Shown here piece after piece: positions 1 to 8,882 of a stretch of 64,000 nt of DNA; within the stretch, counting starts at the first letter, position 1, and each line of letters begins with the position of its first letter. Where the stretch lies: positions 544 through 64,543 of the forward strand of contig CAZOHG010000013.1 of the NCBI GenBank assembly GCA_964579725.1, given 5' to 3'. The notes beneath the pieces were generated by a model, which was not told where the DNA came from, did not search any database, and saw only the letters and a list, made by a program, of their open reading frames with translations. The position numbers and the translations under genes were made by a program. The DNA is from an uncultured Deferribacteres bacterium (GTDB lineage: Bacteria; Zhuqueibacterota; JdFR-76; BMS3Abin05).

Positions 1-123
1 CGGCGATGGATATTTTTAGTGCCAAATAAAAAAAGAAGTAGCGTGCCCGGCGCGCTGCTTTAAAGTTTTTTCTGTTTATTCAGGTTACATCGAGGTGACA
101 GATTGGAATAGAATCCAAAATAA

Positions 124-163
124 TACATAAAAAGGGAATGCCTTGATTACCAAGGCATTCCCT
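124..163 (-). terminator. Rho-independent terminator downstream of the lipoprotein gene
   Basis: 12-bp stem GGGAATGCCTTG / CAAGGCATTCCC with a 5-nt loop, followed by a T-run on the minus strand, lying just 3' of the minus-strand stop at 271. A second 11-bp perfect inverted repeat (GGAACTAACTA ... TAGTTAGTTCC) sits at 220-260. Confidence 0.6.
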
Positions 164-270
164 TTGTCAGGCAAGATCTTTCTGATAAGCAATGAAAGCA
201 ATGGAAAATATTTTCAATAGGAACTAACTACAATGAAATTAATTCGTTTTAGTTAGTTCCGGGATCGAGT

Positions 271-1287
271 CTAATAAATTCCCAAGCTTCTTAATGTTTC
301 GGTTGTTAACCCACCGCGCGCCAATCCTTTTGCTATTTGATATTTGCGAACAGCGGCTTGTGTTTGTCTTCCGTAAACTCCATCAATGGGTCCCGGGTCA
401 AATCCGGCTCGTTTCAAAGCGCGTTGAATACGGGCAATCGTCGCGGGTGTCATGTTTGTTTCGCAAAGCACCCTGCGCCATACCAATTTCCCATCGGACA
501 CCTTTACTTTTTTGGTAATGGTTTTATATTCAGCCGGAATTTTTATTTTAACCGTTTTGGCAGGTTCAACCAGTTTTTTGATCCGAATGGTTTTGTATTG
601 TGCAGGGATTTCAATCTTTTGGGTGGAAGGTGGGCGAACCAATACGCGTTTTCGAATGGTTTTATATTGTGCAGGCACTTTTACCAGACACATAATTTCA
701 CCGGTGCCGTTGTCTAATTTTTCTATTGGGCCCCGACCTTTTTTCCAAACTGTAGTGGCCGGCTTAACCAGCACTTTTTCTTCACGCCATTCGTATTTTG
801 CCGGGACCTTTTTTAAAATGTAAGAGGGCTCTTTTATCAATATCTTTTTTTCGCCCCACTCATATTTGGGCGGAATTGTCTCTATTTTTTCGGATGCCTC
901 TTTGACCAGCACTTTTTCTGTCACGGTTTTGTATTTAGGTGGAATAAAAACGCGGGCGTAACATTCCCCGGGTTTTGCTCCTGGGGGCAACAAATATTTG
1001 CTGGAATCGACCGCGGTGGTCACAATCTTCGGTTTCTCGGCCTTTTGGGCAATGGCTGCTTTTGCTGCTTCGGCTTCCTTAGCTTTTTGCTCCGCTTCTT
1101 TTTTAAGACGTTCTGCCTCGGCTTTTTGTTTATTGAGGTCGCTTTTTAGTGCTGCGATGGCTTTGTCGCGCGTCTGAACATCTTTTTCCAATTGGGTGAT
1201 TTGTTGGGTGTTGGAAGCGCAACCAAACACCCCAAAAATCAATGCAATTGTGGCAATTATGCCAATCCTTTTCATGTTAAAAATCAT
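271..1287 (-). CDS. Lipoprotein with coiled-coil, six ~20-aa periodic repeats and a C-terminal peptidoglycan-binding (PG_binding_1-like) domain
   Basis: Signal peptide with lipobox (IFGVFGC|ASN). Lys/Glu/Ala-rich coiled-coil. Repeats of the form [IV]P[PA]xY[KE][TW]..K[VI]L[VI][KR]xP occur six times. The C-terminus IARIQRALKRAGFDPGPIDGVYGRQTQAAVRKYQ matches the PG-binding domain consensus. Confidence 0.6.
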   Translation of the reverse strand: MIFNMKRIGIIATIALIFGVFGCASNTQQITQLEKDVQTRDKAIAALKSDLNKQKAEAERLKKEAEQKAKEAEAAKAAIAQKAEKPKIVTTAVDSSKYLLPPGAKPGECYARVFIPPKYKTVTEKVLVKEASEKIETIPPKYEWGEKKILIKEPSYILKKVPAKYEWREEKVLVKPATTVWKKGRGPIEKLDNGTGEIMCLVKVPAQYKTIRKRVLVRPPSTQKIEIPAQYKTIRIKKLVEPAKTVKIKIPAEYKTITKKVKVSDGKLVWRRVLCETNMTPATIARIQRALKRAGFDPGPIDGVYGRQTQAAVRKYQIAKGLARGGLTTETLRSLGIY

Positions 1288-2184
1288 GCCTTCTTCCTCC
1301 TCTTTTAACCGGTACTCGGATTATGAAAATTGTATAAACACAGTATACAATTTTCGTTAATTAAAACCCTTAGATACTTCTACAAAATATGTACCAAATC
1401 AACACACCAATATACAAAGACAGTAACTAAATAAAGTTCAATAAGTTATACATACCTATGGTTTGTTTTAATCAATAGGTGCCTGTGTGATATCGCCCAA
1501 ACTATGCAATATTGTGGGGGAAAATGCGCGTTTATTGAAAATAGAAGAAAACAGCTTATTGTATCAGAACTCGATAAAAAATAGTATTTCAATTTTGCCT
1601 GCAAATTAAGGTTTTTGAGTCACTTAAAGACTGTTTGCTCAATCTGCGTCATCGAAATATTTATTTATGGATAATTCTATATGGAATTTCGCGAAAGTTC
1701 GGTCCGCTATTCCGGCCTTTTTTGGTATGTATTTTTTGCGGATAAACCGGCTCAATAAGACAAATGAAACTTTCATGATGAAGCAAATTCTGCCCTTGAA
1801 TACCATTAGCCCTGATCAAAGGATTTGTGGATGGCAAATCAGGATTTGGTTAGACTCATCGATGGTACTCTTTTCCTGCCGAAAGACAAGCGTTGTTCTT
1901 TGGAAATTTTGGGTTTTTTATCAGGCCTGCGCTTTTTATATTGTCAGCGGTTTTCGGAAAAGATGTTTTTTTACCCATCCTTGCTAAAGCAATAAGAGAC
2001 CTAATATTTGCCACGCAAGAGCGTGTGAATACAACCCTGTTTTTCTCCTTGCCTATAAAAACAGGATATCCGAACAATATGGAATATTTCGGCGGAAAGG
2101 TTGAGCATTTCCGTCATGGAGTCACTTTCTTATAAAAATTGGCATCGGATAATTTATTCTTATTGTACTATTATGAATTGTGTT

Positions 2185-2216
2185 ATTAAAAAAGCCCCGA
2201 TTGGAAACCGGGGCTT
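2185..2216 (-). terminator. Rho-independent terminator after the RNR small ORF
   Basis: Hairpin AGCCCCG-attggaaa-CGGGGCT flanked by an A-run on the plus strand, which is a U-run on the minus strand, immediately 3' of the minus-strand stop at 2256. Confidence 0.55.
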
Positions 2217-2255
2217 ACTCCTCCCAAGGGGCACGAAAACGCCCGAATGCGGAGT

Positions 2256-2867
2256 TTAGTCGTCACATTTGCTGTACGTGCAATCGGGATTAATACAGGT
2301 CTGACAGCCGTTTTCCACTTTGAGCGTTCGCTGGTTGCATTTGGGACAAATTTTGAGCATTTCCATGCCTTCCAGGCTTACCCCAACGGCCGGAGCGTCA
2401 AACTGGTGTTTGCCTTCAGACGCTTGCTGAGGAGCGTCCTTCAAACCAATGTCCACCAAAAAGCGCTCAATGACGTCGGCAATTTCACTGTAAAAAGACG
2501 GCACGTATTTGCCGTTTTTCAAATAGCCGCCGTTTGGGTCGTAAATGCTTTTCAATTCTTCCAAAATAAAACTGGGATCGGGCGACTTTCGAAAAATAGC
2601 CGAAATGAGCCGGGTTAGCACGGCGTACTCCGCCATTTTAGTCAGGTCTTTGCTGTTAATGAAGATTTCGATCGGACGTTTTCGGCCGTCTTCTTCCACA
2701 TAACCCAGCGTCACGTACACAGCGTGGCTGACGAATCCGCTTTTCAGCTTGTACACCTTTGCGTCCACAATTTCAGGACGTTTGGCCACAGCGTGAATGG
2801 AATCGGTCAGGGGTTTTTCTTCCTTAATTTCTTCAAATTTTCCGTCAAGGCTGTTAAGTTCTAACAT
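2256..2867 (-). CDS. Class II ribonucleotide reductase C-terminal subunit (NrdJb-like) with Zn-ribbon
   Basis: C-terminal CPKCNQRTLKVENGCQTCINPDCTYSKC (CxxC...CxxC) zinc ribbon typical of the NrdJ C-terminus. Own GGGAGG RBS about 7 nt before the ATG. Separated from the upstream large ORF by a TAG stop and an 18-nt gap. Confidence 0.6.
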   Translation of the reverse strand: MLELNSLDGKFEEIKEEKPLTDSIHAVAKRPEIVDAKVYKLKSGFVSHAVYVTLGYVEEDGRKRPIEIFINSKDLTKMAEYAVLTRLISAIFRKSPDPSFILEELKSIYDPNGGYLKNGKYVPSFYSEIADVIERFLVDIGLKDAPQQASEGKHQFDAPAVGVSLEGMEMLKICPKCNQRTLKVENGCQTCINPDCTYSKCDD

Positions 2868-2891
2868 GTACATTCCTCCCTAAGCAACAAA

Positions 2892-5393
2892 CTAATTGCT
2901 GGTTTCGTTCAATTGTAACGCGCCCGATTTATTTTTGAGCAGATGGTACACGGTGGAAAGGCGTCCGTTGGGAAGGCTGACCAAATCGTCCCCGCGAACG
3001 ACCACGCGGTCGCCGTTTCGCTGGTAGAGAAATTCCTTTTCTTTCAGGCGCTGAAATTCCGTACGCGCTTTTTCGTCTGCCGAAAGAATGGGATAGCGGC
3101 TTCCATCCCGGTAAATCGTGATCCCTTTGAGTCCGTTTTCCCAGGCGTGCAAATAGATGTTGGAAATCACCTCCGGTTCAATTTCCTCCGGCAGATTAAC
3201 GGTTGAGGAAATGCTATGATCAATGTATTTTTGGCAGACGCTTTGAATCTGCACCCGCTTGAAGGGATCGATCTCGTGAGCCGTGCGGAAAAAATAATCC
3301 GGTAGGATTTTTCGCAACTCCTCGGTGGAATGAATGTTTTGCGCTTTTTCCGTCAGACCCTTTTGGTCGAGGTAAGCTTGAACGGTTGAGTGAAAAACAC
3401 GGAAAAATTGGTTGCCGAAGGACTCCGCCCGCCGCGTGTAGTAGAGGGCAAAAATGGGTTCCACGCCGCTGGACACCCCCACGTAGTTTTTGTCACCAAT
3501 TGTGTAACTGAGGGCGATGTTGGAAATGGTTCCTGTGGGGGCAATGGACAACAGGGCAATGTTGCGCAAACCGTTTTTCTTAATGAGAGATTTGGTTTTG
3601 GCACTGAGTACTTCGTTAAAAAAGGGATTTTTTGAGTAGCTCTTGTAATCAAAAACAGGGGAGGGGCCCTTTTCGGCGGCCAGTTCGGCGGAAGCCTGGT
3701 AGGCTTTTTCTGCAATGCGGGCCATGACCTTGCGCATTGTGTCCAGGCCGGCTTCGCTGTCGTAGGGGATGCCCATCTGGTTCAACATGTCGGCAATGCC
3801 CATGACGCCGATGCCCAGGCGGCGGGTTTCGGAAGCGGCTTTGCGTTGTTTTTCAAGGGGATTGAGCTCTTCATTCCACGTGACCACATTGTCCAAGAAA
3901 CGAACGGCGTGAGCCACGGTAGCGTCCAGACGTTTCCAGTCCAGGCGAGCTTTGCCCGTAAAACCGTCCAGAACCAGCCGCGACAAATTAATAGACCCCA
4001 AATTACAGGCGCCGCCGTCTTCCAACGGTACTTCCGCACACGGGTTCGTGGCGCTGATCGGACGCCCCACGTAATTGGAGGGTGAATATTTGGCCATTTT
4101 TGACCAAAAGATCAACCCCGGTTCAGCGGTTTTGTAATTGCTTTCCACAAAGCGATCCCAGATCATGCGTGCCTTCACAAGACGACGAATTTCTCCGGTG
4201 GGTTTGGAGGCAAAATAGAGAAGAAAATCTCCCGAATAGCGCAGGGCCAAATCAAAGGGCTCGTCTTCAAGGGGCAAAACCAAGTCGCCAAAAACGTCGC
4301 GTTGATTCACATCGTTGAGAGAAGCTTCGGTTACGGAAATACCGAAAGTCGATTCCAAAAACTTGTGCGCCTGCTCGAATGTGTCAAAAGTTTCCAGCAG
4401 CTCGTAGTCGGAAATCTCTTTCGCGGGCATGGCGATCGAATAATGGGTCACATCCTCCAGGAAGGCTTCCTTGACCAGGGTTTTATTTTTCTTTTTGTAC
4501 AGCAAAAGTTTATTTTTCCCGTAGGTGTTTTGCTCTGCCACCGCACGCATAAATTCGTCGGAAGCCTTAATGCTGATGTTGGCGAAACGAATTTGCGTGT
4601 TCTCAACCACCTGTTTTTCGATTTCCTGAAGCTGCTTTTTGTCGAATTTGTTGGACCAAGTAAGTTGCTCGATAATTTGTTGGCTGATCCAGTTGGGTTT
4701 TTTCTTCACCTGAATGAATTCCAAAATGTCGGGATGTTTAATGTCAATGGTCATCATAAGAGCACCCCGACGGCCGCTCTGTCCGATCAGCCCCGTGGTC
4801 AGCGAAAATAAATCCATAAAAGAAACGGCACCGGTTGAGCGATCCGATGCGTTGTGCACCACGGAATCTTTGGGGCGCAGAATGGAGATGTCCACACCAA
4901 TTCCGCCGCCAAATGAATACGTACGGGCACATTCGTAGGCCGAGGCGTAAATCGATTCAATATTGTCCCCTTTAATGACGGTTGCAAAACAATTGGCCAA
5001 GGTTTTGAGCCGGTACAAATCGCCGGCGCCGGCAATGACACGCCCGCCGGGAATAAAAACACCGTCGTACAGGTCCCGATAAAAATAACTGGCCCATTCT
5101 TGCTGCTTTTCCTCCGTGGGTTCTACTGCCGCAATGGCAGCCGAAATTCTGACAAAACTGTCCTCTGGCCGCGTTTCGATGAAATTCCCGTCCAAATCTT
5201 TGAGAAAATACTTCTGCTTGTAAATGCTTTTGGCCAATTCATTTCCGCTCAAATAGTCGGTTGGGTGGACCGGAATTTCACGAACGGCTTGTTTTTTCTT
5301 TAAGAATTTGTACAGGTTTGCGTAGGTCTTCAACTGACTTTCCGGCACAAGGTGGGACAGCTTTCCCTTGTAAGCAAACATGGCATTAATCAT
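2892..5393 (-). CDS. nrdJ: Adenosylcobalamin-dependent (class II) ribonucleotide reductase, large catalytic subunit (NrdJa-like)
   Basis: NPCAEVPLEDGGACNLGSINLS active-site motif (the NPCGE...CNLGSINL of class II RNRs) and an NrdJ-type N-terminal region. Start chosen at MINAMFAYKG, which is preceded by AGGAGG. Confidence 0.8.
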   Translation of the reverse strand: MINAMFAYKGKLSHLVPESQLKTYANLYKFLKKKQAVREIPVHPTDYLSGNELAKSIYKQKYFLKDLDGNFIETRPEDSFVRISAAIAAVEPTEEKQQEWASYFYRDLYDGVFIPGGRVIAGAGDLYRLKTLANCFATVIKGDNIESIYASAYECARTYSFGGGIGVDISILRPKDSVVHNASDRSTGAVSFMDLFSLTTGLIGQSGRRGALMMTIDIKHPDILEFIQVKKKPNWISQQIIEQLTWSNKFDKKQLQEIEKQVVENTQIRFANISIKASDEFMRAVAEQNTYGKNKLLLYKKKNKTLVKEAFLEDVTHYSIAMPAKEISDYELLETFDTFEQAHKFLESTFGISVTEASLNDVNQRDVFGDLVLPLEDEPFDLALRYSGDFLLYFASKPTGEIRRLVKARMIWDRFVESNYKTAEPGLIFWSKMAKYSPSNYVGRPISATNPCAEVPLEDGGACNLGSINLSRLVLDGFTGKARLDWKRLDATVAHAVRFLDNVVTWNEELNPLEKQRKAASETRRLGIGVMGIADMLNQMGIPYDSEAGLDTMRKVMARIAEKAYQASAELAAEKGPSPVFDYKSYSKNPFFNEVLSAKTKSLIKKNGLRNIALLSIAPTGTISNIALSYTIGDKNYVGVSSGVEPIFALYYTRRAESFGNQFFRVFHSTVQAYLDQKGLTEKAQNIHSTEELRKILPDYFFRTAHEIDPFKRVQIQSVCQKYIDHSISSTVNLPEEIEPEVISNIYLHAWENGLKGITIYRDGSRYPILSADEKARTEFQRLKEKEFLYQRNGDRVVVRGDDLVSLPNGRLSTVYHLLKNKSGALQLNETSN

Positions 5394-5539
5394 GACACCT
5401 CCTGTGTTGAAACTGATGTTGTGTAGAAACCCCGGAGGATTGAGTTGCATTTGCAGATGGGCTTTTCCCCAAAAAAATCCTCTCAATCGCTCCAACACCC
5501 TTCCCGCGAAGGGGCCTGAGCATCGTGCCTGGCAGGTCT

Positions 5540-5695
5540 TCTGACTCGGGGCTCGTCCTCCGAAAAGCGCCTTCCCATACGCCTGGCGTACAGTGGCTCA
5601 TGGCTTTTCTTCGTCCTCCCTTACAGCGGCGGGGCCGTTCCGGATTTGCACCGGATTCCCTTTTCATCGTGAAAGAACCAGACCGACATCTTGTA
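5540..5695 (-). promoter_or_regulatory. Cobalamin (AdoCbl) riboswitch in the 5' leader of the RNR operon
   Basis: Read on the minus strand: AAAAGGGAAUCCGGUGCAAAUCCGGAACGGCCCCGCCGCUGUAAGGGAGGACG...GCCACUG...UGGGAAGGCG. This matches the conserved GGGAA / GGUGnnAAnnCC / CnGnCCCGCnnCUGUAAnGG / B12-box GCCACUG / GGGAAGGC elements of Rfam RF00174. About 150 nt of leader with a U-run lies before the AGGAGG-ATG. Confidence 0.8.
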
Positions 5696-6024
5696 GGCGG
5701 ATAAAAATATAACAACTAAATATAGTAAAGTCAAGATATTTTTCAAAAATAATTTTCGTCGTTTTTAGTTCTGAAGAGAAATAAGAATTTAGATTTGTCT
5801 GGTTTTTTTGACAGCCCTTTCGGGTGAAAAAAAAGATCACTTTCTGCCCGAAGAATGCCTCAAAAAACACCTGTTTGGGTAACGGAAGGACGGAAAAAGT
5901 GAATTTCCAAAACAGTGAAATTGGCAAAACTGCCCCTGTTGACACATGTTTATCTAATCTAAATTTTAGGAGTGCTGAATTTGCAAGGGCAATCGAGAAG
6001 AGGAAGAACTGCCGGGAAATAAGG

Positions 6025-7224
6025 TCAGCGCTTTTCCACTTGTTTTTTAAGGAGGTGGATTTCTTTTTCCAGCGTTTGAAGTCGGGTTAGAATTTGTCGT
6101 CGATTGCCGGAGCTTAAATTTTTGGAATTTGGCCCTTGCGGGGAAAAGGCACTGTCCTGACGAAGGGCTTTTTGAAGAACTGAAAATCGCGGACGTTGCG
6201 TTAATTGAACTCTTCGGTGGATTTTCCTCCCGTTACGTAGCACACAAAGAGAAATTTCCGAACGAGGTTTTTGCTGTTTAACCAACCGGAGAAGCTGATT
6301 TAGATTGCGAACCGGCGTTCCGTTACACTCCAACAAGAGATCGCCGGGCTTAATTCCAGCACGTTGGGCGGGACTGTGGGCAAAAACGTGGGTGACCAAA
6401 AGCGTGTCCGAAACAGGGCGCCCGTGTTTGTGGGTGACCGTTACCCCGAGCCACCCCCGATTTTGGCGGCTTTCGTCGATTAAGCGCTGTACACGAGCCC
6501 GAATTTGTGCGACGGGCAACGCCAACGCTTTTCGATAGTAAAAATCGGCGTACCCGGGAAAAGCCGAGTCGGCATTTAATAGAACGCGCGCAAAAAGAAT
6601 GCCCACAATTTGTCCCTGAAAATTGAAGATCGGTGCCCCGATAATTCCGGGGGACACCTGAATTCCCACGTGCAAAAATCCGTCTTGCGTCATTCCCTGC
6701 ACCATCCCGAAAGAAACGGCTGTCGACAATCCCACCGATTTGCCAAGCGTCAACACCCAGCTTCCCACGTGGAGGGCTTCTGGAGGCGCAAACACGGGAG
6801 CAGGCAGGTTGTGTTTTTGGACGTGCAGAACAGCCAAATCAAGCAGCGGGTCGATGCCCACAAGTTCCGCGCGAAGCGAATCCCCGTTGAACAGAAGAAC
6901 GCTGATTTTGTCCGCACCTTCCACAACACTTTGTTTGGTCAAAATGTACCCGCTGGGATCGAAAATAAAACCGGAGCCGATTGTTTTGCTAATAATTTTG
7001 TGAGAAGAGGAGGATGGGGTTGCGTCAGATTGGGTTCTTTGAACCACTTCGGTTTGGGCAACAATTCCCACGCTGACCCGTTGCGCTTGCATGACCAAAT
7101 CGGTCAATTCTTTTTCAAGAAGCGGGAGAATTTGGTTGCCGCCGGCCGTACTATTGGCAACCCAGAGGAGCGAAAAAGAAATCCCCCAAAATAGCCGGAG
7201 AACGTTTCGATTTGTCTTTTTCAC
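6025..7224 (-). CDS. HtrA/DegP-family periplasmic PDZ protein, predicted catalytically inactive (pseudo-protease)
   Basis: Signal peptide; a trypsin-like fold recognisable from GSGFIFDPSGYIL...DLAVLHV; a PDZ domain (GIKPGDLLLECNGTPVRNLNQLLRLV); a C-terminal coiled-coil. However, TNNHVV is replaced by TKQSVV (His to Ser) and GNSGGP is replaced by GIIGAP (Ser to Ile). The Asp is retained. Confidence 0.65.
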   Translation of the reverse strand: MKKTNRNVLRLFWGISFSLLWVANSTAGGNQILPLLEKELTDLVMQAQRVSVGIVAQTEVVQRTQSDATPSSSSHKIISKTIGSGFIFDPSGYILTKQSVVEGADKISVLLFNGDSLRAELVGIDPLLDLAVLHVQKHNLPAPVFAPPEALHVGSWVLTLGKSVGLSTAVSFGMVQGMTQDGFLHVGIQVSPGIIGAPIFNFQGQIVGILFARVLLNADSAFPGYADFYYRKALALPVAQIRARVQRLIDESRQNRGWLGVTVTHKHGRPVSDTLLVTHVFAHSPAQRAGIKPGDLLLECNGTPVRNLNQLLRLVKQQKPRSEISLCVLRNGRKIHRRVQLTQRPRFSVLQKALRQDSAFSPQGPNSKNLSSGNRRQILTRLQTLEKEIHLLKKQVEKR

Positions 7225-7234
7225 GTGCCCGTCA

Positions 7235-7882
7235 CTAAAAGGTTACCGAAACCGTGCGTCCCAATCGCAGGGCCGGAATCGCGGCCGAGGCTGCAGAATC
7301 AGCCGAACTCAATTTGGACGAACCGGTTGCCATCCGGTGAGCGTTGAGACTGGCGGAATTTAAACCTGTCCGTGTTGCAGACGTTTCCGAAAGAGCCACT
7401 TCGTCCAAAATGTAACGAACCCGTTCCTCGACGGGGGGTGTTTGAACCGCGGATTTGGACTGCTGCGGCGACGGCAGGCTCACCAAGACGCTTTTGGAAG
7501 TCACCGGTCTCAAAGCCTGAGTGGCAGAGTGCGTTTGGAAAAACAGGTTAAACGCTAAAATAGAAACAGCCGCAAGGGAGACCAATGCCAGGCCGTAGGC
7601 GGGTGCCCGATTTCCGGAAAGCTTCAGCAGAAGGCGCTCAAAGAAATTTTCGCGTTCCAACTCCCTCCGAATCCGGCTACGGAGCACAACCTCAAAGGTA
7701 GAAGAGGTGTGAATGTGGGGCAATTCCTGCAAATGCCGTCGAACGAGCTTGACTCGCTGGAAAGTGGTTTTGCAGGTGTGACAACCCAGCAGATGTTCTT
7801 CAAATTGCTTTTTGCGTTCCCCGCTTAAAAATCCGTCCAAATAATCGGTAATGAGGGATGTAAACTGGTCGCAAGAGATCAT
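7235..7882 (-). CDS. Anti-sigma factor, zf-HC2 (ChrR/RsrA-like) N-terminal Zn-binding domain plus single TM
   Basis: MISCDQF...HLLGCHTC (H-x3-C-x2-C with an upstream Cys); one TM helix (PAYGLALVSLAAVSILAFNLFF); Ser/Thr/Ala-rich periplasmic tail. Confidence 0.7.
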   Translation of the reverse strand: MISCDQFTSLITDYLDGFLSGERKKQFEEHLLGCHTCKTTFQRVKLVRRHLQELPHIHTSSTFEVVLRSRIRRELERENFFERLLLKLSGNRAPAYGLALVSLAAVSILAFNLFFQTHSATQALRPVTSKSVLVSLPSPQQSKSAVQTPPVEERVRYILDEVALSETSATRTGLNSASLNAHRMATGSSKLSSADSAASAAIPALRLGRTVSVTF

Positions 7883-8234
7883 CCAACTCCTCCTCTGATT
7901 GTTCCAAAATGTCTATTGGTTTTATTCGTAAAAAGTAATTTTGCGGCGAATTCAAAGCAATTTGCTCCACATTATTTTTTCAAACATCGGTTCCCAGAGT
8001 AAATTTGTTGAGCCCCCTCGCCTGATTCACATTCATTTAACCCCACAAGGGGCTGAATAAGTTCCCCAAAATCTTACTCGGTGACAAAGAATAGTAAAAA
8101 AATCTCTCTTGTTGTATTAAATGCACAAAAGAACGGAAAATCTAACAATTCAACAAGCACGCTGCCAAAGAATGAAACGAAATAGTGGTCATTTGCATCA
8201 CCACATGTAATTGTTGCAATGACCCATTCAAGCG

Positions 8235-8882
8235 CTAACGATTTTTCTTGGGGTTTTTCTTCTCCATTAAAAACCCCAGTTTTTCCTGCAACCGCAACCT
8301 GGCCCGATTGACTCGCGATTTGACCGTTCCGATGGGAATTTTGACTATTTTACTGATTTCTTCGTAGGAAAGTTCCTGCACGTCCCGAAGAATAATAACC
8401 TCCCGAAATTTCGGCGAAAGATTCTGAATTTCCTTTTGAATGATTTCGTCGTACATCGTACTGTTGACTTCTTTTTCAGGGCTCAGGGTTTCGTCTGCAA
8501 TTTCGTAATCTTTGTCTTCGTAGCCGATGTCGCTAATGGAAAACAGGTTGCGTTTCTTGCGTTTGCGCAATTCCGTTTTGGCCAGATTCCCCGCAATCGT
8601 GTAAATCCACGTGGAAAATTTAGCTACTTTTCGGTAGGCGTGTTTATTTTTAAACACGCGCAAAAAGGTCTCCTGTACAATATCTTCGGATTCTGTTCGA
8701 TTGCCCAAAAATCGGTACACAAAATTTAGGAGGGGGTCTTTGTACCGCCGCACAATTTCATCGAACGCCCGCAAATCACCGTTCTGGAAGCGCTCAATCA
8801 GCACTTCGTCTTCGAGCGAACGGTAATCGACCGGATGTGAAAAATCGGTCTCTTTATTTTGGGGAAAAGAGGGATCGGTCAT
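8235..8882 (-). CDS. ECF (RpoE-like, sigma-24) RNA polymerase sigma factor
   Basis: Sigma-70 region 2 (FLRVFKNKHAYR...FSTWIYTIAGNLA) and region 4 (EVIILRDVQELSYEEISKIVKIPIGTVKSRVNRARLRL). Its ATGA start overlaps the holA stop. Confidence 0.85.
   Translation of the reverse strand: MTDPSFPQNKETDFSHPVDYRSLEDEVLIERFQNGDLRAFDEIVRRYKDPLLNFVYRFLGNRTESEDIVQETFLRVFKNKHAYRKVAKFSTWIYTIAGNLAKTELRKRKKRNLFSISDIGYEDKDYEIADETLSPEKEVNSTMYDEIIQKEIQNLSPKFREVIILRDVQELSYEEISKIVKIPIGTVKSRVNRARLRLQEKLGFLMEKKNPKKNR

Noticed and set aside
1667-2135. Several 70-110-aa ORFs on both strands in the AT-rich gap
   Set aside because: Overlapping frames, Phe/Lys/Asn-rich low-complexity translations, and no RBS. Treated as non-coding pending a homology search.
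5800-5860. Possible terminator TTTTTTTGACAGCCCTTTCGGGTGAAAAAAAA
   Set aside because: The stem is only 3-5 bp with mismatches, and it is flanked by A-runs on the 3' side in both orientations. This is not convincing.
8260-8300. GGGGTTTTT...AAAAACCCC hairpin looking like a terminator
   Set aside because: It lies inside the 3' end of the ECF sigma coding sequence (encoding the ...EKKNPKKNR tail), not downstream of it, so it is unlikely to be an independent terminator.
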